Part shown: positions 27,620-39,367 of the stretch, piece after piece
Numbering within the stretch: position 1 is the first letter of the stretch
Layout: the number at the start of each line of letters is the position of its first letter
Assembly: GCA_902517425.1 (NCBI GenBank)
Contig: CABYCI010000002.1
Location: 1-60,824, forward strand
Direction of reading: 5' to 3'
DNA from: an uncultured SAR86 cluster bacterium
GTDB taxonomy: Bacteria; Pseudomonadota; Gammaproteobacteria; Magnimaribacterales; D2472
DNA length: 60,824 nucleotides
Notes under the pieces: model-generated
What the model saw: the letters and a program-made list of their open reading frames with translations, nothing else
Told to the model about the DNA's origin: nothing
Databases searched by the model: none
Translations under genes and position numbers: made by a program

Positions 27620-30600
27620 TTAGAATTTATACTGGAAACCTAAAGAAGCTCTCCATAAACTCTGGGTTGTTGATCTATCAATATTAAATGGATCATCAAA
27701 GCTATATCTGAAAGCATTTCTACTATAGTCATACTTGCTATCATCAACAATTCTGAGATCAATAACAGGAATTCTTCCTGAATAGTATCCATAGTTGATA
27801 ATACCTTTTTCGTCATCGATAAAGTTTAGTAGGTTTTCAATTGCAAAGGTTACGATGAATTTATCATCATCTCTCAACCCAGGAAGCTCTTGAATGATAT
27901 TTAAATCAAGAGAAGTTTGCCATGGGAAATTACCAGCATCTCTTGGTGCAATCTGTCCTGCATAATCTCTCAATCCAAATACATTATGTAATAAATTTAA
28001 GACAGCTTCTTCTCTTGCAAGTGCATCAGCTGAACCCTCATCTGTACATTTATATGAATAACAAACGATTGGATCATTCACAGTTGGAATATATAACAAT
28101 GATGAACTATCATCATTTAGATTAAATTCATATCCAAATGCCTTTGTCTGATAATCGCCTTCAAAACCTGTATATGTATCAAAAGTAGGATACTTTGTAT
28201 TTCCTGACTCTCTTGTGTATACAAGACTAAAAGTAGTTGGTTTGTCTGAGCCGAAGAAATAATGTCTAGATTTTAATGTAGCAAGAAGCCTATGCTCAGT
28301 TTCATAAATTGATCTCATATTTTTTCGATTATTAAAATCAACTGCACCAGTTTTACCAAAATTAGAATTTGATGTTGAAGATGTCATACCATTTTTGTTA
28401 TCAGCATCTTGTCCTGTGTAGCTTACTGATAATACAGTATCTCCATCTCTAAAAGCCTTAGCAAAAGTCGCAGATATAACCTCTCTCTCTCCGCAACATT
28501 CATTATATAAACCAGCATGGTAACTGTAATTACCTGGCATATTATAGATTGGCCTTCCATCTGGAGCTTTCTGAGTAGGTACAGTTGGTTGATCACCGTT
28601 TAAAGGATAACCGGTATCTACAACTTTATATAAAGCCTCTTCTTCTCTGGAGTTAAGATATGTAATTGTCATATCTACATCCACCATAGGGAGTAATCTT
28701 GTATAAGTGATGTTTAAAATTTTAGATTCTGGCCATTCAAAACTAGGCGCAATAAAATCAATTTTACTTGTGTTGTTAAGAGGATTTTCAATTGATGAAA
28801 TAACGCAATCTGGTTTTACATTGTTACCTGAAAATACAAGCCCAGCAACTGAGGAAGTATCACAAGCAGATGTTGCATAGTCTGAATCATAATTCGCAAT
28901 TGCAACTCCAGTATTACTATAAGCATTTGATATCCAAACGCCTGGTAGTTTGGATGAGTACGTACCATAAGTAATATTTAAATCACTAAGATCATCTATT
29001 ACTAAATCAATACCCATTCTAATATTTAAAAGATCTGTACCAGAAATTCCACCATTTTTGAATCCATATGAATTAACAAAACTTTGGTTTGTTTGAGTAT
29101 CATCACCATCATATTTATCATACCGTGCACCAAATGTTAACGTGAGTCTATCTGAAAAAGTATATTCATCCATTATGTACATAGATGTATGATCGTATTG
29201 AAATTCAGCAGCTGCATCATTAACGTCGCCAGTTTTAGAACCTGCAGCACTATAACTTCTAATATTCCCAGCTTTTAGATCATCTAAAGAACGGAATCTA
29301 TATGTTCCATCCTCATTAATGATAAATAAATTAAAAACATCGTAGCTAGTATTTTCATAGCCTGCTGTAATTTTATGATTGTTATTATAATAAACTAATT
29401 TAGCCTTAAAAAATTCTGTTTCGGTATTAAGGTCGTTTGCAGATCTATATATATCTGGTCCAAAATCAACTCTGTATCCAAAAGCATCGTCAATTCTAAA
29501 AGTTGGATAATTTTGTCCTACAGGAGAAACTTGGTCAGTTGATGTTTCCTTTATTGAATAATATATTTCTGAAATTAAGTTATCGCTGATGTCAGAAACT
29601 AAATGAAAACTATTAGTTGTTGTAACTTCTGTTTTCAAATAAGTTGCTGAAGCAAGTGCTAAGGAAGATCTTGTTGAATCAACTCCTCTAACTTGGTCAC
29701 CACTAACTTCTTTAAAATTATAAGTAAGTCTGTTGGTATCATTTATATTCCAATCTAATCTTAGCGTAACGTTTTCTTGTTCTGATTCAGTAGAGCTCGC
29801 GGCACCCAGCGGGTCTCTTCCTACAACTGCTTGAGCAGCATCTCTAATTTCTTGAACTTGTGCAGATGTAATATCTAATATATTTTCAGCACCAGAGCCT
29901 ACAATTCCATATCGCAATGGATTTGCTATTTCAGCAAGTGAGTATGTTGTAAAAAAGAATAATTTATCTTTTATTATTGGGCCGCCTAACGCAAATTCTA
30001 TAGCTGTATCATCCTTAGTTATATCAACTGGTTCTCCTTCAAGCTTATCTCCCATGAATGAATCACCTCTGTCATAGTAGGAAACGCTTCCTGACAATTC
30101 ATTTGAGCCACCTTTGGTAATTATATCGATTACGCCACCACGAAATTGTGAATATTCTACTGATACAGGCGCAACTTTAACTGCTAATTGCTCAACAGAA
30201 TTAAAATTGATTGGACTTCTTTGTGACGGATAACCATTTGAATTAAGTCCAAAGTCATCATTAAATGATACTCCATCAACCTTAATATCATTTGTTCTAG
30301 GATGAGCTCCTCCTATTTCAATTGATTCTTCTCCATCTTCTTCGTTATCTATTGATACAAAAGGACTTAATCTTAAGATATCTTGAAGATCTCTTGTAAC
30401 TGATGGTGTTGTTTCAAAAGTTTCAGCATCGATTACCGTAGTAAATCCATCTTTTTCAACTTTTATCCTTGTTCCTGTTACAACTACTTCATCAACCATG
30501 TCTGAAGACGCAAGTGCAAAAGATAATCTTTTAGTTTCGCCGACAATCAATGTTGTTGTTTGATTTTGTGAAAGCAAACCAGGCGCAGTGACTGTAATTT

Positions 30601-30829
30601 TGTATGGACCACCCGGCCTCAAGCCACCAGCAAAATATTTACCAGATCCATCAGTTGTTTTTGTTACTGAGTTATTGGTCGGTTCATAGGTTATTTCAAC
30701 AGTTGCACCACTAACGGCTCCACTTCCAGACAAAACTGTACCAGCGATATCTGATGTAAGTTCTTGTGAGTAAAGTAATGGTGAAATGAGAATTGAGAAA
30801 AGTGAGAGTTTTAAAAAGTTCTTTAACAT
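27620..30829 (-). CDS. TonB-dependent receptor, Oar-like (N-terminal carboxypeptidase-regulatory-like domain)
   Basis: 1069 aa. Signal peptide, a GTV...G..V.GATVEI... Ig-like N-domain, DEVVVTG, a plug, and C-terminal ...GFQYKF. Confidence 0.9.
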   Translation of the reverse strand: MLKNFLKLSLFSILISPLLYSQELTSDIAGTVLSGSGAVSGATVEITYEPTNNSVTKTTDGSGKYFAGGLRPGGPYKITVTAPGLLSQNQTTTLIVGETKRLSFALASSDMVDEVVVTGTRIKVEKDGFTTVIDAETFETTPSVTRDLQDILRLSPFVSIDNEEDGEESIEIGGAHPRTNDIKVDGVSFNDDFGLNSNGYPSQRSPINFNSVEQLAVKVAPVSVEYSQFRGGVIDIITKGGSNELSGSVSYYDRGDSFMGDKLEGEPVDITKDDTAIEFALGGPIIKDKLFFFTTYSLAEIANPLRYGIVGSGAENILDITSAQVQEIRDAAQAVVGRDPLGAASSTESEQENVTLRLDWNINDTNRLTYNFKEVSGDQVRGVDSTRSSLALASATYLKTEVTTTNSFHLVSDISDNLISEIYYSIKETSTDQVSPVGQNYPTFRIDDAFGYRVDFGPDIYRSANDLNTETEFFKAKLVYYNNNHKITAGYENTSYDVFNLFIINEDGTYRFRSLDDLKAGNIRSYSAAGSKTGDVNDAAAEFQYDHTSMYIMDEYTFSDRLTLTFGARYDKYDGDDTQTNQSFVNSYGFKNGGISGTDLLNIRMGIDLVIDDLSDLNITYGTYSSKLPGVWISNAYSNTGVAIANYDSDYATSACDTSSVAGLVFSGNNVKPDCVISSIENPLNNTSKIDFIAPSFEWPESKILNITYTRLLPMVDVDMTITYLNSREEEALYKVVDTGYPLNGDQPTVPTQKAPDGRPIYNMPGNYSYHAGLYNECCGEREVISATFAKAFRDGDTVLSVSYTGQDADNKNGMTSSTSNSNFGKTGAVDFNNRKNMRSIYETEHRLLATLKSRHYFFGSDKPTTFSLVYTRESGNTKYPTFDTYTGFEGDYQTKAFGYEFNLNDDSSSLLYIPTVNDPIVCYSYKCTDEGSADALAREEAVLNLLHNVFGLRDYAGQIAPRDAGNFPWQTSLDLNIIQELPGLRDDDKFIVTFAIENLLNFIDDEKGIINYGYYSGRIPVIDLRIVDDSKYDYSRNAFRYSFDDPFNIDRSTTQSLWRASLGFQYKF

Positions 30830-30964
30830 AATAATACATACCCCTGTATATTAAATTTAATAGATATAGATAATATATATCAAAAATTAATTTTTCACTA
30901 TTACAATTTGGTGATTTTTATGTGAATTAAATATGAGTTTTTATTTTAAATAAAAATTTATATT

Positions 30965-32212
30965 CTAATTGACACTTAATAATGCAGTATCTAGGTATGG
31001 TTGAAGGGGTTTTGGTATATTGATTCCACCTGAGCCATTAAAATTATTTTCTATCAGTGCAATTAAGCATCTGCCGACAGCAAGCCCTGAACCATTGATT
31101 GTATGAACAAAATGATTACCATCTTTATTTTTAAATTTTATGTTAGATCTTCTAGCTTGAAAATCAGAAAAATTAGAACAAGATGAAATTTCTCTATATT
31201 TATTTTGACTTGGCATCCATACTTCAATGTCATAAGTTTTTGTTGATGAAAAGCCTAGATCTCCAGAACATAACTCAACAACTTGATAAGGCAGTTCAAG
31301 AAGATCCAAAATTTCACAAGCATTTGATAATAAATTTTCTAAACATGCCATAGAATCATTCGGATTCGTTATTTGAACAAGTTCAATTTTTTCAAATTGA
31401 TGTTGCCTAATTAATCCTCTTGTATCTTTTCCATAACTTCCAGCCTCTGATCTAAAGCAAGGAGTATGCGACGTTACTTTTATAGGTAATTCAACCTCAC
31501 TTACAAACTCATCTCTAAATATATTTGTAAGGGGGACTTCAGCTGTAGGAATTAAGTATAAATTTTCAGTCGTCTTAAATAAATCATCTTCAAATTTTGG
31601 TAATTGTCCTGTTCCTATCAATGAATCTGTATTAGCCATAAACGGAACATAGTATTCCTCATAACCATTTTTAACTGCGTTATCAATCATAAATGATATC
31701 AACGCTCTTTGAAGTTTTGGCAGCTCTCCTTTTAGTACTGAAAAGCGAGAACCAGCAATCTTAGCTGCCATATCGGTATCAATATCCTTAGTAATTTCAA
31801 GATGGTCTAGGGTATTTGTTGCAGTTATAGATCCACATTTTTTTATAACAACATTATCATTCTCATCTTTACCATCTGGCACAGACTGGTCAGGGATATT
31901 AGGAATATCCAATAAAAAGTTTTGTATTTCTTTTAAAAGAATTTGAAGTTCATTATCTTTTTCATCTAGTTCGCTATTAGTTTTATCAATAGTAATTTTT
32001 AATTCATCTACATCTTCTCCAGATGATTTAAGTTTTCCATATTCTGAGGAAAGTTTATTTCTATCAGCTTGAAGATTTTCAACACTTATTTGTAATATTT
32101 TCCTTTTTTCATCTAGTGACTCAAATCTATCTTGATCAAGATTGTAGCCACGTCTAGACAACATCTTTTTGATGTCATTAAAATTTTCTCTTAAATTTTT
32201 TATATCTAACAT
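30965..32212 (-). CDS. serS: seryl-tRNA synthetase
   Basis: 415 aa. N-terminal coiled coil, then class II motifs TAEVPL, FRSEAGS and GSGLAVGR. Confidence 0.95.
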   Translation of the reverse strand: MLDIKNLRENFNDIKKMLSRRGYNLDQDRFESLDEKRKILQISVENLQADRNKLSSEYGKLKSSGEDVDELKITIDKTNSELDEKDNELQILLKEIQNFLLDIPNIPDQSVPDGKDENDNVVIKKCGSITATNTLDHLEITKDIDTDMAAKIAGSRFSVLKGELPKLQRALISFMIDNAVKNGYEEYYVPFMANTDSLIGTGQLPKFEDDLFKTTENLYLIPTAEVPLTNIFRDEFVSEVELPIKVTSHTPCFRSEAGSYGKDTRGLIRQHQFEKIELVQITNPNDSMACLENLLSNACEILDLLELPYQVVELCSGDLGFSSTKTYDIEVWMPSQNKYREISSCSNFSDFQARRSNIKFKNKDGNHFVHTINGSGLAVGRCLIALIENNFNGSGGINIPKPLQPYLDTALLSVN

Positions 32213-32565
32213 TATTTAGAAATCATAGCTCCTACATATGTAGCTAGAATGCTTAGTATTACCGTTAACATTATATATGAAACAGCATTAATTAAATTTG
32301 TATTTGCCATCACCATTGTTTGATATGTAAAAGCAGACATTGTTGTAAATGATCCCAGAAAACCGATAACAAAAAAATAATATGTACTGTCTTTTACTGG
32401 CAAAGATAATCCAACAAAAATACCGATAAAAAAACATCCAATTATATTTACCACCAAAGTTCCTGCAGGTGATGTGAAATAATTTTCAAAAAACTCATTA
32501 ACACCAAATCTTGAAATAGCACCAAATGCCCCACCAATTCCTACAAATAAGATATTAGTAATCAT
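32212..32565 (-). CDS. crcB: fluoride channel CrcB/FluC
   Basis: 117 aa with 4 TM segments. Contains GGAFGAISRF and GFLGSFTTMSAF. Its stop overlaps the serS ATG by 1 nt. Confidence 0.9.
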   Translation of the reverse strand: MITNILFVGIGGAFGAISRFGVNEFFENYFTSPAGTLVVNIIGCFFIGIFVGLSLPVKDSTYYFFVIGFLGSFTTMSAFTYQTMVMANTNLINAVSYIMLTVILSILATYVGAMISK

Positions 32566-32566
32566 A

Positions 32567-33061
32567 TTATTTATTATTCTTAAAGAATTTAATTATGTTA
32601 CTTATTTCCATATTATCTTTAAATTTAACCTGCAATGTATTTTCATCAATGAATTCAAAATAAAAGTTTTTATCATCCTCTATTAATGTAAAAGATTTAT
32701 TTTTTATACTTGATATTTTGGTGTTATCAATAGAATTATTAAAAATAAAATTTACAAAGAAATTGTTGAGCTGGTCTAAAGGAATATTTTTAATTTGATT
32801 GAATTCTAAATCATGTATTTCTACGCCGCCCTCATTTATAAAATAGATTTCTTTAAAAGGAGACAAGATATCTATCTTTATTGAGTTATCAGAATTTCTT
32901 TTAAATGTCCCCTCAGATTTATCATAATCTCTATTAATTTTATTAAAGCTTGTTTGAGTAAAAGATAGATCATTTTTAAAAAATGAATTTAATTCTTCAA
33001 CTGGGGATGCTGAAATAACTATATTAAATATAAAGAAAATATTTAAAAAAAAGTACTTCAA
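32567..33061 (-). CDS. lolA: outer-membrane lipoprotein carrier LolA-like
   Basis: The ftsK-lolA-serS synteny matches E. coli. EELNSFFKNDLSFTQTSF resembles the LolA N-terminal block. The ORF-track start at 33100 overlaps ftsK by 38 nt. TTG at 33061, 1 nt after the ftsK stop, gives a clean signal peptide (M)KYFFLNIFFIFNIVISA. Confidence 0.55.
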   Translation of the reverse strand: MKYFFLNIFFIFNIVISASPVEELNSFFKNDLSFTQTSFNKINRDYDKSEGTFKRNSDNSIKIDILSPFKEIYFINEGGVEIHDLEFNQIKNIPLDQLNNFFVNFIFNNSIDNTKISSIKNKSFTLIEDDKNFYFEFIDENTLQVKFKDNMEISNIIKFFKNNK

Positions 33062-33062
33062 T

Positions 33063-35363
33063 TTAATCACGTTTAGGAACCAAGACTTCTCTTGACCCAT
33101 TTGAACTCATTTCAGATACAAGGCCTGCTTCTTCCATTGTTTCTATTAATCTCGCAGCTCTGTTGTAGCCTATTCTCAGCTTTCTTTGAACGGCAGATAT
33201 TGACGCTCTTCTAGATTCAATAACAAAATTTACTGCTTCATCATACAGCTCGTCTTGTTCATCTGAAGATCCGGACTCAGTTCCTGACCACCCAGGTATT
33301 GGTCCAGTATCTTGTTTAGATGAAACAATTTCATCAATATAATTTGGTTCTGCTCTAGACTTCCAATCATTTACAACTCGGTGAACTTCATCATCTCCAA
33401 CAAAAGCACCATGAACTCTTACAGGAACACCAACACCAGGGGGAAGATATAACATATCTCCATATCCGAGGAGTTGTTCCGCACCACCTTGATCTAATAT
33501 TGTTCTTGAATCAATTTTTGTTGAAACTTGAAATCCAATTCTTGTAGGAATATTTGCTTTGATTAGTCCTGTAATCACATCTACTGATGGTCTTTGGGTT
33601 GCTAATATTAAATGAATACCAGCTGCTCTAGCTTTTTGAGCAATTCGTGCAATTAAGTGTTCAACTTTTTTTCCAACCAACATCATCATGTCAGCAAACT
33701 CATCCACTACAACAACAATAGATGGAAGAACTTCAAGGAATTCTTCTTCATCTTCTTTCAACGGATTTAATATTTGCTTACCGCCCTTTTCAGCATCTTG
33801 AATTTTTTTATTAAAGCCTGCTAAATTTCTAACACCCATCATGGACATAAGCTTGTATCTTCTATCCATTTCAGCCACGCACCAACGCAAACCATTTGAT
33901 GCATCTGTCATATCTGTTATTACAGGAGTTAGTAAATGCGGTATGCCATCATAAACAGCAAGTTCTAACATTTTTGGATCAACTAAAATTAATCTTACGT
34001 CTTCTGGATCTGATTTAAACAATAAACTTAGCAACATAGCATTTAGTCCAACTGACTTACCGGATCCGGTTGTTCCGGCAACTAATAAATGAGGCATTTT
34101 TGCTAAATCAACAACAATTGAATTTCCTGAGATATCATGTCCTAAAGCTAAACTTAAACTTGAAGGTGATGATTTAAAAGCTTTGGAAGATAATATTTCA
34201 GTAAGCCTAACCATTTTTCGATTTGTATTAGGTATCTCAATACCAACATATGATTTACCTTCTATAACTTCAACAACTCTAACACTGCTTACAGATAAAG
34301 ATCTTGCAATATCTTGAGCAATATTAGTAATTTTACTTGCCTTTGTTCCAGGCGCAGGCTGAATCTCAAATCTAGTTACTACAGGACCTGGTAATACCGA
34401 TTCAACTGTAGCCTCAATTCCAAATTCTTCTAATTTTGTTTCTAAAAGAGATGCTATTTGATTAAGTTCGTTTTCTGATAGAGAACTTCCATCATCTAGC
34501 GCTCTATCTAATAATTCTGTACTAGGCATGACAGCTTTTTCTTTCTTAATCTCAGGCTCATCAACAACCTCTTTTTTTTCTACTTCTTTTAAAGGGCTTT
34601 TGGTTTCTATTGGAAGATCAGCTTGTTTAAGATCTTTAGCAGGTTCTTTGATTGAAACATCCTTTATTTGAGGTTCATTTGTAATCTTTGGCTTAGCCGA
34701 TAGGGATTTTTTCTTTTCTGAACTTTTTTGCATTGCAATTACTATCTCTTTCGATTGAGAAAGTAATGACAATGTTATTTCTTTTAACTTAACCCCAAGA
34801 GTCTTTAACATGTCCCAGCTATAGTTAGAAATAATAATAAGTAATTTTCCAAACTGATCTAATTTCTCAAGCCAGGAAAAATTAAATGATAAAGAAGTGG
34901 TTGGAATAAGAAAGATAACTAGAAAAATTAAAGATCCTATATTTCCAAATACTGAAGATATAGCATTTAAAATCGTATTTCCAAGAACACCACCAAAATT
35001 ATTGCCAAGATACAAATCACCAATTGAACAAAAACAGATAATGAAAAATAAAGAGCTTACAATTCTGACTAAAATTTTTGTAAGTGAGCTGTATGGATCT
35101 TCATAAAATAATGTCTGAATTGACCACACGCATCCTATTAGTAAAATAACGTATCCACCATATCCAACAATGGTATATAAAAAATCAGCAATTGATGCGC
35201 CAAGAGGTCCACCTAAATTTTGAATTGTGTCCGAAGAGTTTTTGTTAAAAAAACCAGAATCAGAAATATCATATGAAATTAATGAAATAAATATGTATAA
35301 AGATAACGCTATAAGAAAAAAACTAAAAAAATTCAAAAGAGTATTCTTTATATAAGGAGGCAT
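33063..35363 (-). CDS. ftsK: DNA translocase FtsK
   Basis: 766 aa. N-terminal TM domain, Walker [10 protein letters not shown], and a C-terminal gamma winged-helix [15 protein letters not shown]. Confidence 0.95.
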   Translation of the reverse strand: MPPYIKNTLLNFFSFFLIALSLYIFISLISYDISDSGFFNKNSSDTIQNLGGPLGASIADFLYTIVGYGGYVILLIGCVWSIQTLFYEDPYSSLTKILVRIVSSLFFIICFCSIGDLYLGNNFGGVLGNTILNAISSVFGNIGSLIFLVIFLIPTTSLSFNFSWLEKLDQFGKLLIIISNYSWDMLKTLGVKLKEITLSLLSQSKEIVIAMQKSSEKKKSLSAKPKITNEPQIKDVSIKEPAKDLKQADLPIETKSPLKEVEKKEVVDEPEIKKEKAVMPSTELLDRALDDGSSLSENELNQIASLLETKLEEFGIEATVESVLPGPVVTRFEIQPAPGTKASKITNIAQDIARSLSVSSVRVVEVIEGKSYVGIEIPNTNRKMVRLTEILSSKAFKSSPSSLSLALGHDISGNSIVVDLAKMPHLLVAGTTGSGKSVGLNAMLLSLLFKSDPEDVRLILVDPKMLELAVYDGIPHLLTPVITDMTDASNGLRWCVAEMDRRYKLMSMMGVRNLAGFNKKIQDAEKGGKQILNPLKEDEEEFLEVLPSIVVVVDEFADMMMLVGKKVEHLIARIAQKARAAGIHLILATQRPSVDVITGLIKANIPTRIGFQVSTKIDSRTILDQGGAEQLLGYGDMLYLPPGVGVPVRVHGAFVGDDEVHRVVNDWKSRAEPNYIDEIVSSKQDTGPIPGWSGTESGSSDEQDELYDEAVNFVIESRRASISAVQRKLRIGYNRAARLIETMEEAGLVSEMSSNGSREVLVPKRD

Positions 35364-35404
35364 TTATTTAATACATTTAATTATTGTTGTAATTATAGGC
35401 ATAA

Positions 35405-36382
<978 letters not shown>

Positions 36383-36384
36383 AA

Positions 36385-37368
36385 ATGAAATACAAAGCTT
36401 ATTTAGTTGAAGAGAACGAAGGACAATTTAGTGGTTCAATAAAGGAACTTGAGGTGCCATCGTTAGAGATGGGCAAGGTTCTGATCAAAGTTCATAATTC
36501 ATCTCTAAACTACAAAGATGCTCTTGCCTCAACTGGAGTAAAAGGAGTTGTTAGGTCGTATCCTTTTGTACCAGGCATAGATGTGTCTGGAGAAGTTTTA
36601 GAATGTTCGTCTTCCAAATTTTCTGTTGGTGATAAAGTTATAGCTACAGGTTATAAAATTGGAATGGCAGAATTTGGTGGTTTTGGTGGAATAGTTCATT
36701 TACCTGATGAATGGGTACTAAAATCTCCAGAAAATTTATCGCATTATGACGCGATGAGTTATGGAACAGCCGGAATAACTGCTGCTGCTTGTGTAAAAAA
36801 AATATTAGATGCAGAAGTAACTAAAAATCTTCCAGTATTGGTATCAGGTGCAACAGGAGGTGTTGGATCGATTGCAGTAGGACTATTATCTAAACTTGAT
36901 TATGAAGTCCATGCGCTAACTGGAAAAATAGATGAAATTGAGATTTTAAAAAGTATGGGAGCTACTAAAATTATATCAAGAGATGAATATATGTCTGAAC
37001 CTGCTAAAGCACTTGATAAAGGTATTTATTCTGGAGCAGTTGATACTGTAGGTGGTGAAATGTTATCAAAAATATTATCAATGATTTCTAATCATGGTGT
37101 TGTATCTTGTTGTGGTAATGTTGGTGGAATGATGTTCTCATCTTCTGTATTCCCATTCATTCTTAGAGGAATTCAATTATCAGGAATTGATTCTGCTGAA
37201 TCATCACTTAATCTTAAATCTGAGCTCTGGAACCTTTTGTCTAATCAATGGTCTTTAGATCTTAGCAATCAAACTAAAACTGTTAAGATTGAAGACATTG
37301 ACTTGGAGATAGATAAAATCTTAAAAGGAAATCAAATTGGCAGAGTTGTCATTGAACACGGAGAATAA
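36385..37368 (+). CDS. YhdH/AcuI-type MDR oxidoreductase (putative acrylyl-CoA reductase)
   Basis: 327 aa. Contains VKVHNSSLNYKDALA..G and GATGGVGS. Starts 2 nt after the trxB stop. Confidence 0.75.
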   Translation: MKYKAYLVEENEGQFSGSIKELEVPSLEMGKVLIKVHNSSLNYKDALASTGVKGVVRSYPFVPGIDVSGEVLECSSSKFSVGDKVIATGYKIGMAEFGGFGGIVHLPDEWVLKSPENLSHYDAMSYGTAGITAAACVKKILDAEVTKNLPVLVSGATGGVGSIAVGLLSKLDYEVHALTGKIDEIEILKSMGATKIISRDEYMSEPAKALDKGIYSGAVDTVGGEMLSKILSMISNHGVVSCCGNVGGMMFSSSVFPFILRGIQLSGIDSAESSLNLKSELWNLLSNQWSLDLSNQTKTVKIEDIDLEIDKILKGNQIGRVVIEHGE

Positions 37369-37370
37369 AT

Positions 37371-37502
37371 ATGAAAGATGAATATAAAGAATTTTATAAA
37401 TCAAATGAAGAAGATATGGATAGCAAAAGTGATGCTAAAGTTATTCTATTCTTAATAATAGTTGCTGTAATAGCAATGACTTACTGGGTAGCAGCTCAAT
37501 AA
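37371..37502 (+). CDS. candidate micro-protein, 43 aa, acidic N-terminus plus C-terminal TM
   Basis: Reads MKDEYKEFYKSNEEDMDSKSDAKVILFLIIVAVIAMTYWVAAQ. GGAG lies about 8 nt upstream. It starts 2 nt after the preceding stop and fills the whole gap to the convergent SDR gene. Confidence 0.3.
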   Translation: MKDEYKEFYKSNEEDMDSKSDAKVILFLIIVAVIAMTYWVAAQ

Positions 37503-37503
37503 G

Positions 37504-38274
37504 TTATCTTGGTTTCATTCTCATAGCTGAATCAAGCCTAATAGTTTCTCCGTTCAGATAAGTATTTTCTACAATGTGAACAGCAAGTTCTGCAAATTCT
37601 TGTGGTTTTCCAAATCTGTGAGGGAATTGTGTTGAATCTAATAATGGTTCTCTCACTTTATCAGGTGCTAGTTGCATCAAAGGTGTATCAAAAATTCCAG
37701 GAGCAATAGTGCAAACTCTGACGGCATGTCTTGCAAGATCCCTTGCTGCAGTTAGTGTTAGACCAATTACACCAGCTTTAGAGGCACTATATGCTGACTG
37801 ACCAATTTGTCCTTCATAGCCTGCAATAGATGCGGTATTAATTATTACGCCCTTCTCATCTTTTTCATCTGGATCATTCTTGTCCATTAATTCAGCTGCT
37901 ATTCTCATTACATTAAAAGTGCCAACAAGATTTAAATTGATAATAAATTTAAATGCATCGAGCGGATGTGGGGCCTCTTTTCCTAATATTCTTCCTGGGT
38001 AACCTGTGCCTGCGCAATTAACAGCTATATGTAATCCACCAAATTTTTCTTTTATATTTGTAATTGCGCTAACTACTGGTTCTTCCTCCATGATATTAGT
38101 GGAGATGAACATAACATTATCATCACCAAGATTCTTAATTATTTCAGCAGCGTTTTGTTCATTGATATCCAATATGACAACTTTTGCGCCTTTAGCTACA
38201 AATGCTTCTACAGTTGCCTGTCCCAAACCAGATGCACCGCCTGTTACTAATGCAACCTTATCTTTTAAATTCAT
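37504..38274 (-). CDS. SDR-family 3-hydroxyacyl-CoA dehydrogenase (type 2-like)
   Basis: 256 aa. Contains TGGASGLG, NCAG and YSASKAG. Confidence 0.85.
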   Translation of the reverse strand: MNLKDKVALVTGGASGLGQATVEAFVAKGAKVVILDINEQNAAEIIKNLGDDNVMFISTNIMEEEPVVSAITNIKEKFGGLHIAVNCAGTGYPGRILGKEAPHPLDAFKFIINLNLVGTFNVMRIAAELMDKNDPDEKDEKGVIINTASIAGYEGQIGQSAYSASKAGVIGLTLTAARDLARHAVRVCTIAPGIFDTPLMQLAPDKVREPLLDSTQFPHRFGKPQEFAELAVHIVENTYLNGETIRLDSAMRMKPR

Positions 38275-38339
38275 ATATAGCCTCCTAAATTGTTTTAAAA
38301 GTATATCTGTATAACTAAAAAAATAAAATTTATTTCTTT

Positions 38340-38355
38340 TGGCATCAAGATTGCA
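38340..38355 (+). promoter_or_regulatory. sigma-54 (RpoN) -24/-12 promoter for the porin-glnK-amt operon
   Basis: TGGCATCAAGATTGCA has GG and GC with the same spacing as the consensus TGGCAC-N5-TTGCA. It lies 45 nt upstream of the ATG at 38400, which has a strong SD (AAGGAGAG). Confidence 0.6.
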
Positions 38356-38399
38356 TTAGTAAAGGTAGAGCACAATATTTTTTTAACAAGGAGAGATAA

Positions 38400-39005
38400 A
38401 TGAAAAAATTATTACTTTTAATGGCATTAGTTTCATTACCTTCGTATTCAGCAGTAAGCGCAAATGTTTCTATTGCTTCTGATTACATATGGAGAGGTAT
38501 GACTCAAACTGATGGAATCGCTGTATCAGGTGGTTTTGATTACGCAGCTGATGGTGGTTTCTACGCAGGTATTTGGGGATCAAATGTTAATTTCAACGAT
38601 TCTACAGGTAGCGGCAATGGTGCAGAGTTTGACTACTACTTCGGCTATGGATTTGATATGGGCGGAATTGGTGTTGATATAGGATATGTAATGTTTGATT
38701 ATCCAGGCAATGAAGATGGTCTAGATTTTGAAGAGATTGTACTAGGATTTAGCATGGGTGACTTAGGTTTAACATTTGCTTTAGGTCAAGATGGTGCCCC
38801 AGATTACACAGAAGTTTCTTATGCAATAGGTGATTTTGGTGTTTCATATGGTCAATATGATGACTATGGTGATAACTTAGCACTTACCTATGGTTTCGGT
38901 TGCGGATCTTATGATTGCGGAATTGGATACTATGACTTTTCAGATGATGGATATAGTGGTATGGATGAAGATGCTCTAGTATTCTCAATGTCTGCTTCAT
39001 TCTAA
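38400..39005 (+). CDS. small outer-membrane beta-barrel protein (TorF/TIGR02001-like putative porin)
   Basis: 201 aa. Signal peptide ...PSYSA, SIASDYIWRGMTQTDG..VSGGFDY, and a G/D/Y-rich sequence ending in F. Confidence 0.65.
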   Translation: MKKLLLLMALVSLPSYSAVSANVSIASDYIWRGMTQTDGIAVSGGFDYAADGGFYAGIWGSNVNFNDSTGSGNGAEFDYYFGYGFDMGGIGVDIGYVMFDYPGNEDGLDFEEIVLGFSMGDLGLTFALGQDGAPDYTEVSYAIGDFGVSYGQYDDYGDNLALTYGFGCGSYDCGIGYYDFSDDGYSGMDEDALVFSMSASF

Positions 39006-39350
<345 letters not shown>

Positions 39351-39367
39351 TTTGAGGAGAAATTAAT

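Noticed and set aside
30830-30964. 135-nt spacer between the serS end and the TBDR3 start, checked for tRNA, sRNA or a GC-rich terminator
   Set aside because: It is uniformly AT-rich with only AT-only palindromes (for example TTTTATTT/AAATAAAA). There is no cloverleaf-capable or GC-stem structure. It is probably just the TBDR3 promoter plus a weak serS terminator.
32565-32567. Looked for a fluoride riboswitch upstream of crcB
   Set aside because: The spacer to lolA is 1 nt, so no leader exists.
38233-38238. TGCACC, an NtrC half-site-like hexamer about 105 nt upstream of the sigma-54 promoter
   Set aside because: It is only a half-site and lies inside the SDR gene, where it is dictated by the GGASG (Rossmann) codons. 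This is probably coincidence.
38006-38314. 102-aa plus-strand ORF antisense to the SDR gene. Similar cases: 51418..51753, 39050..39310, 39885..40097, 35733..35981, 34897..35106, 48414..48869, 52406..52944, 56097..56348, 57399..57653, 58251..58535, 60286..60480, 1901..2144, 2841..3913, 15976..16161, 17211..18206, 20874..21305, 24211..24402, 27018..27203 and 27922..28125
   Set aside because: All are fully nested in, or out of frame with, genes that have clear family signatures. I treat them as non-coding shadows.
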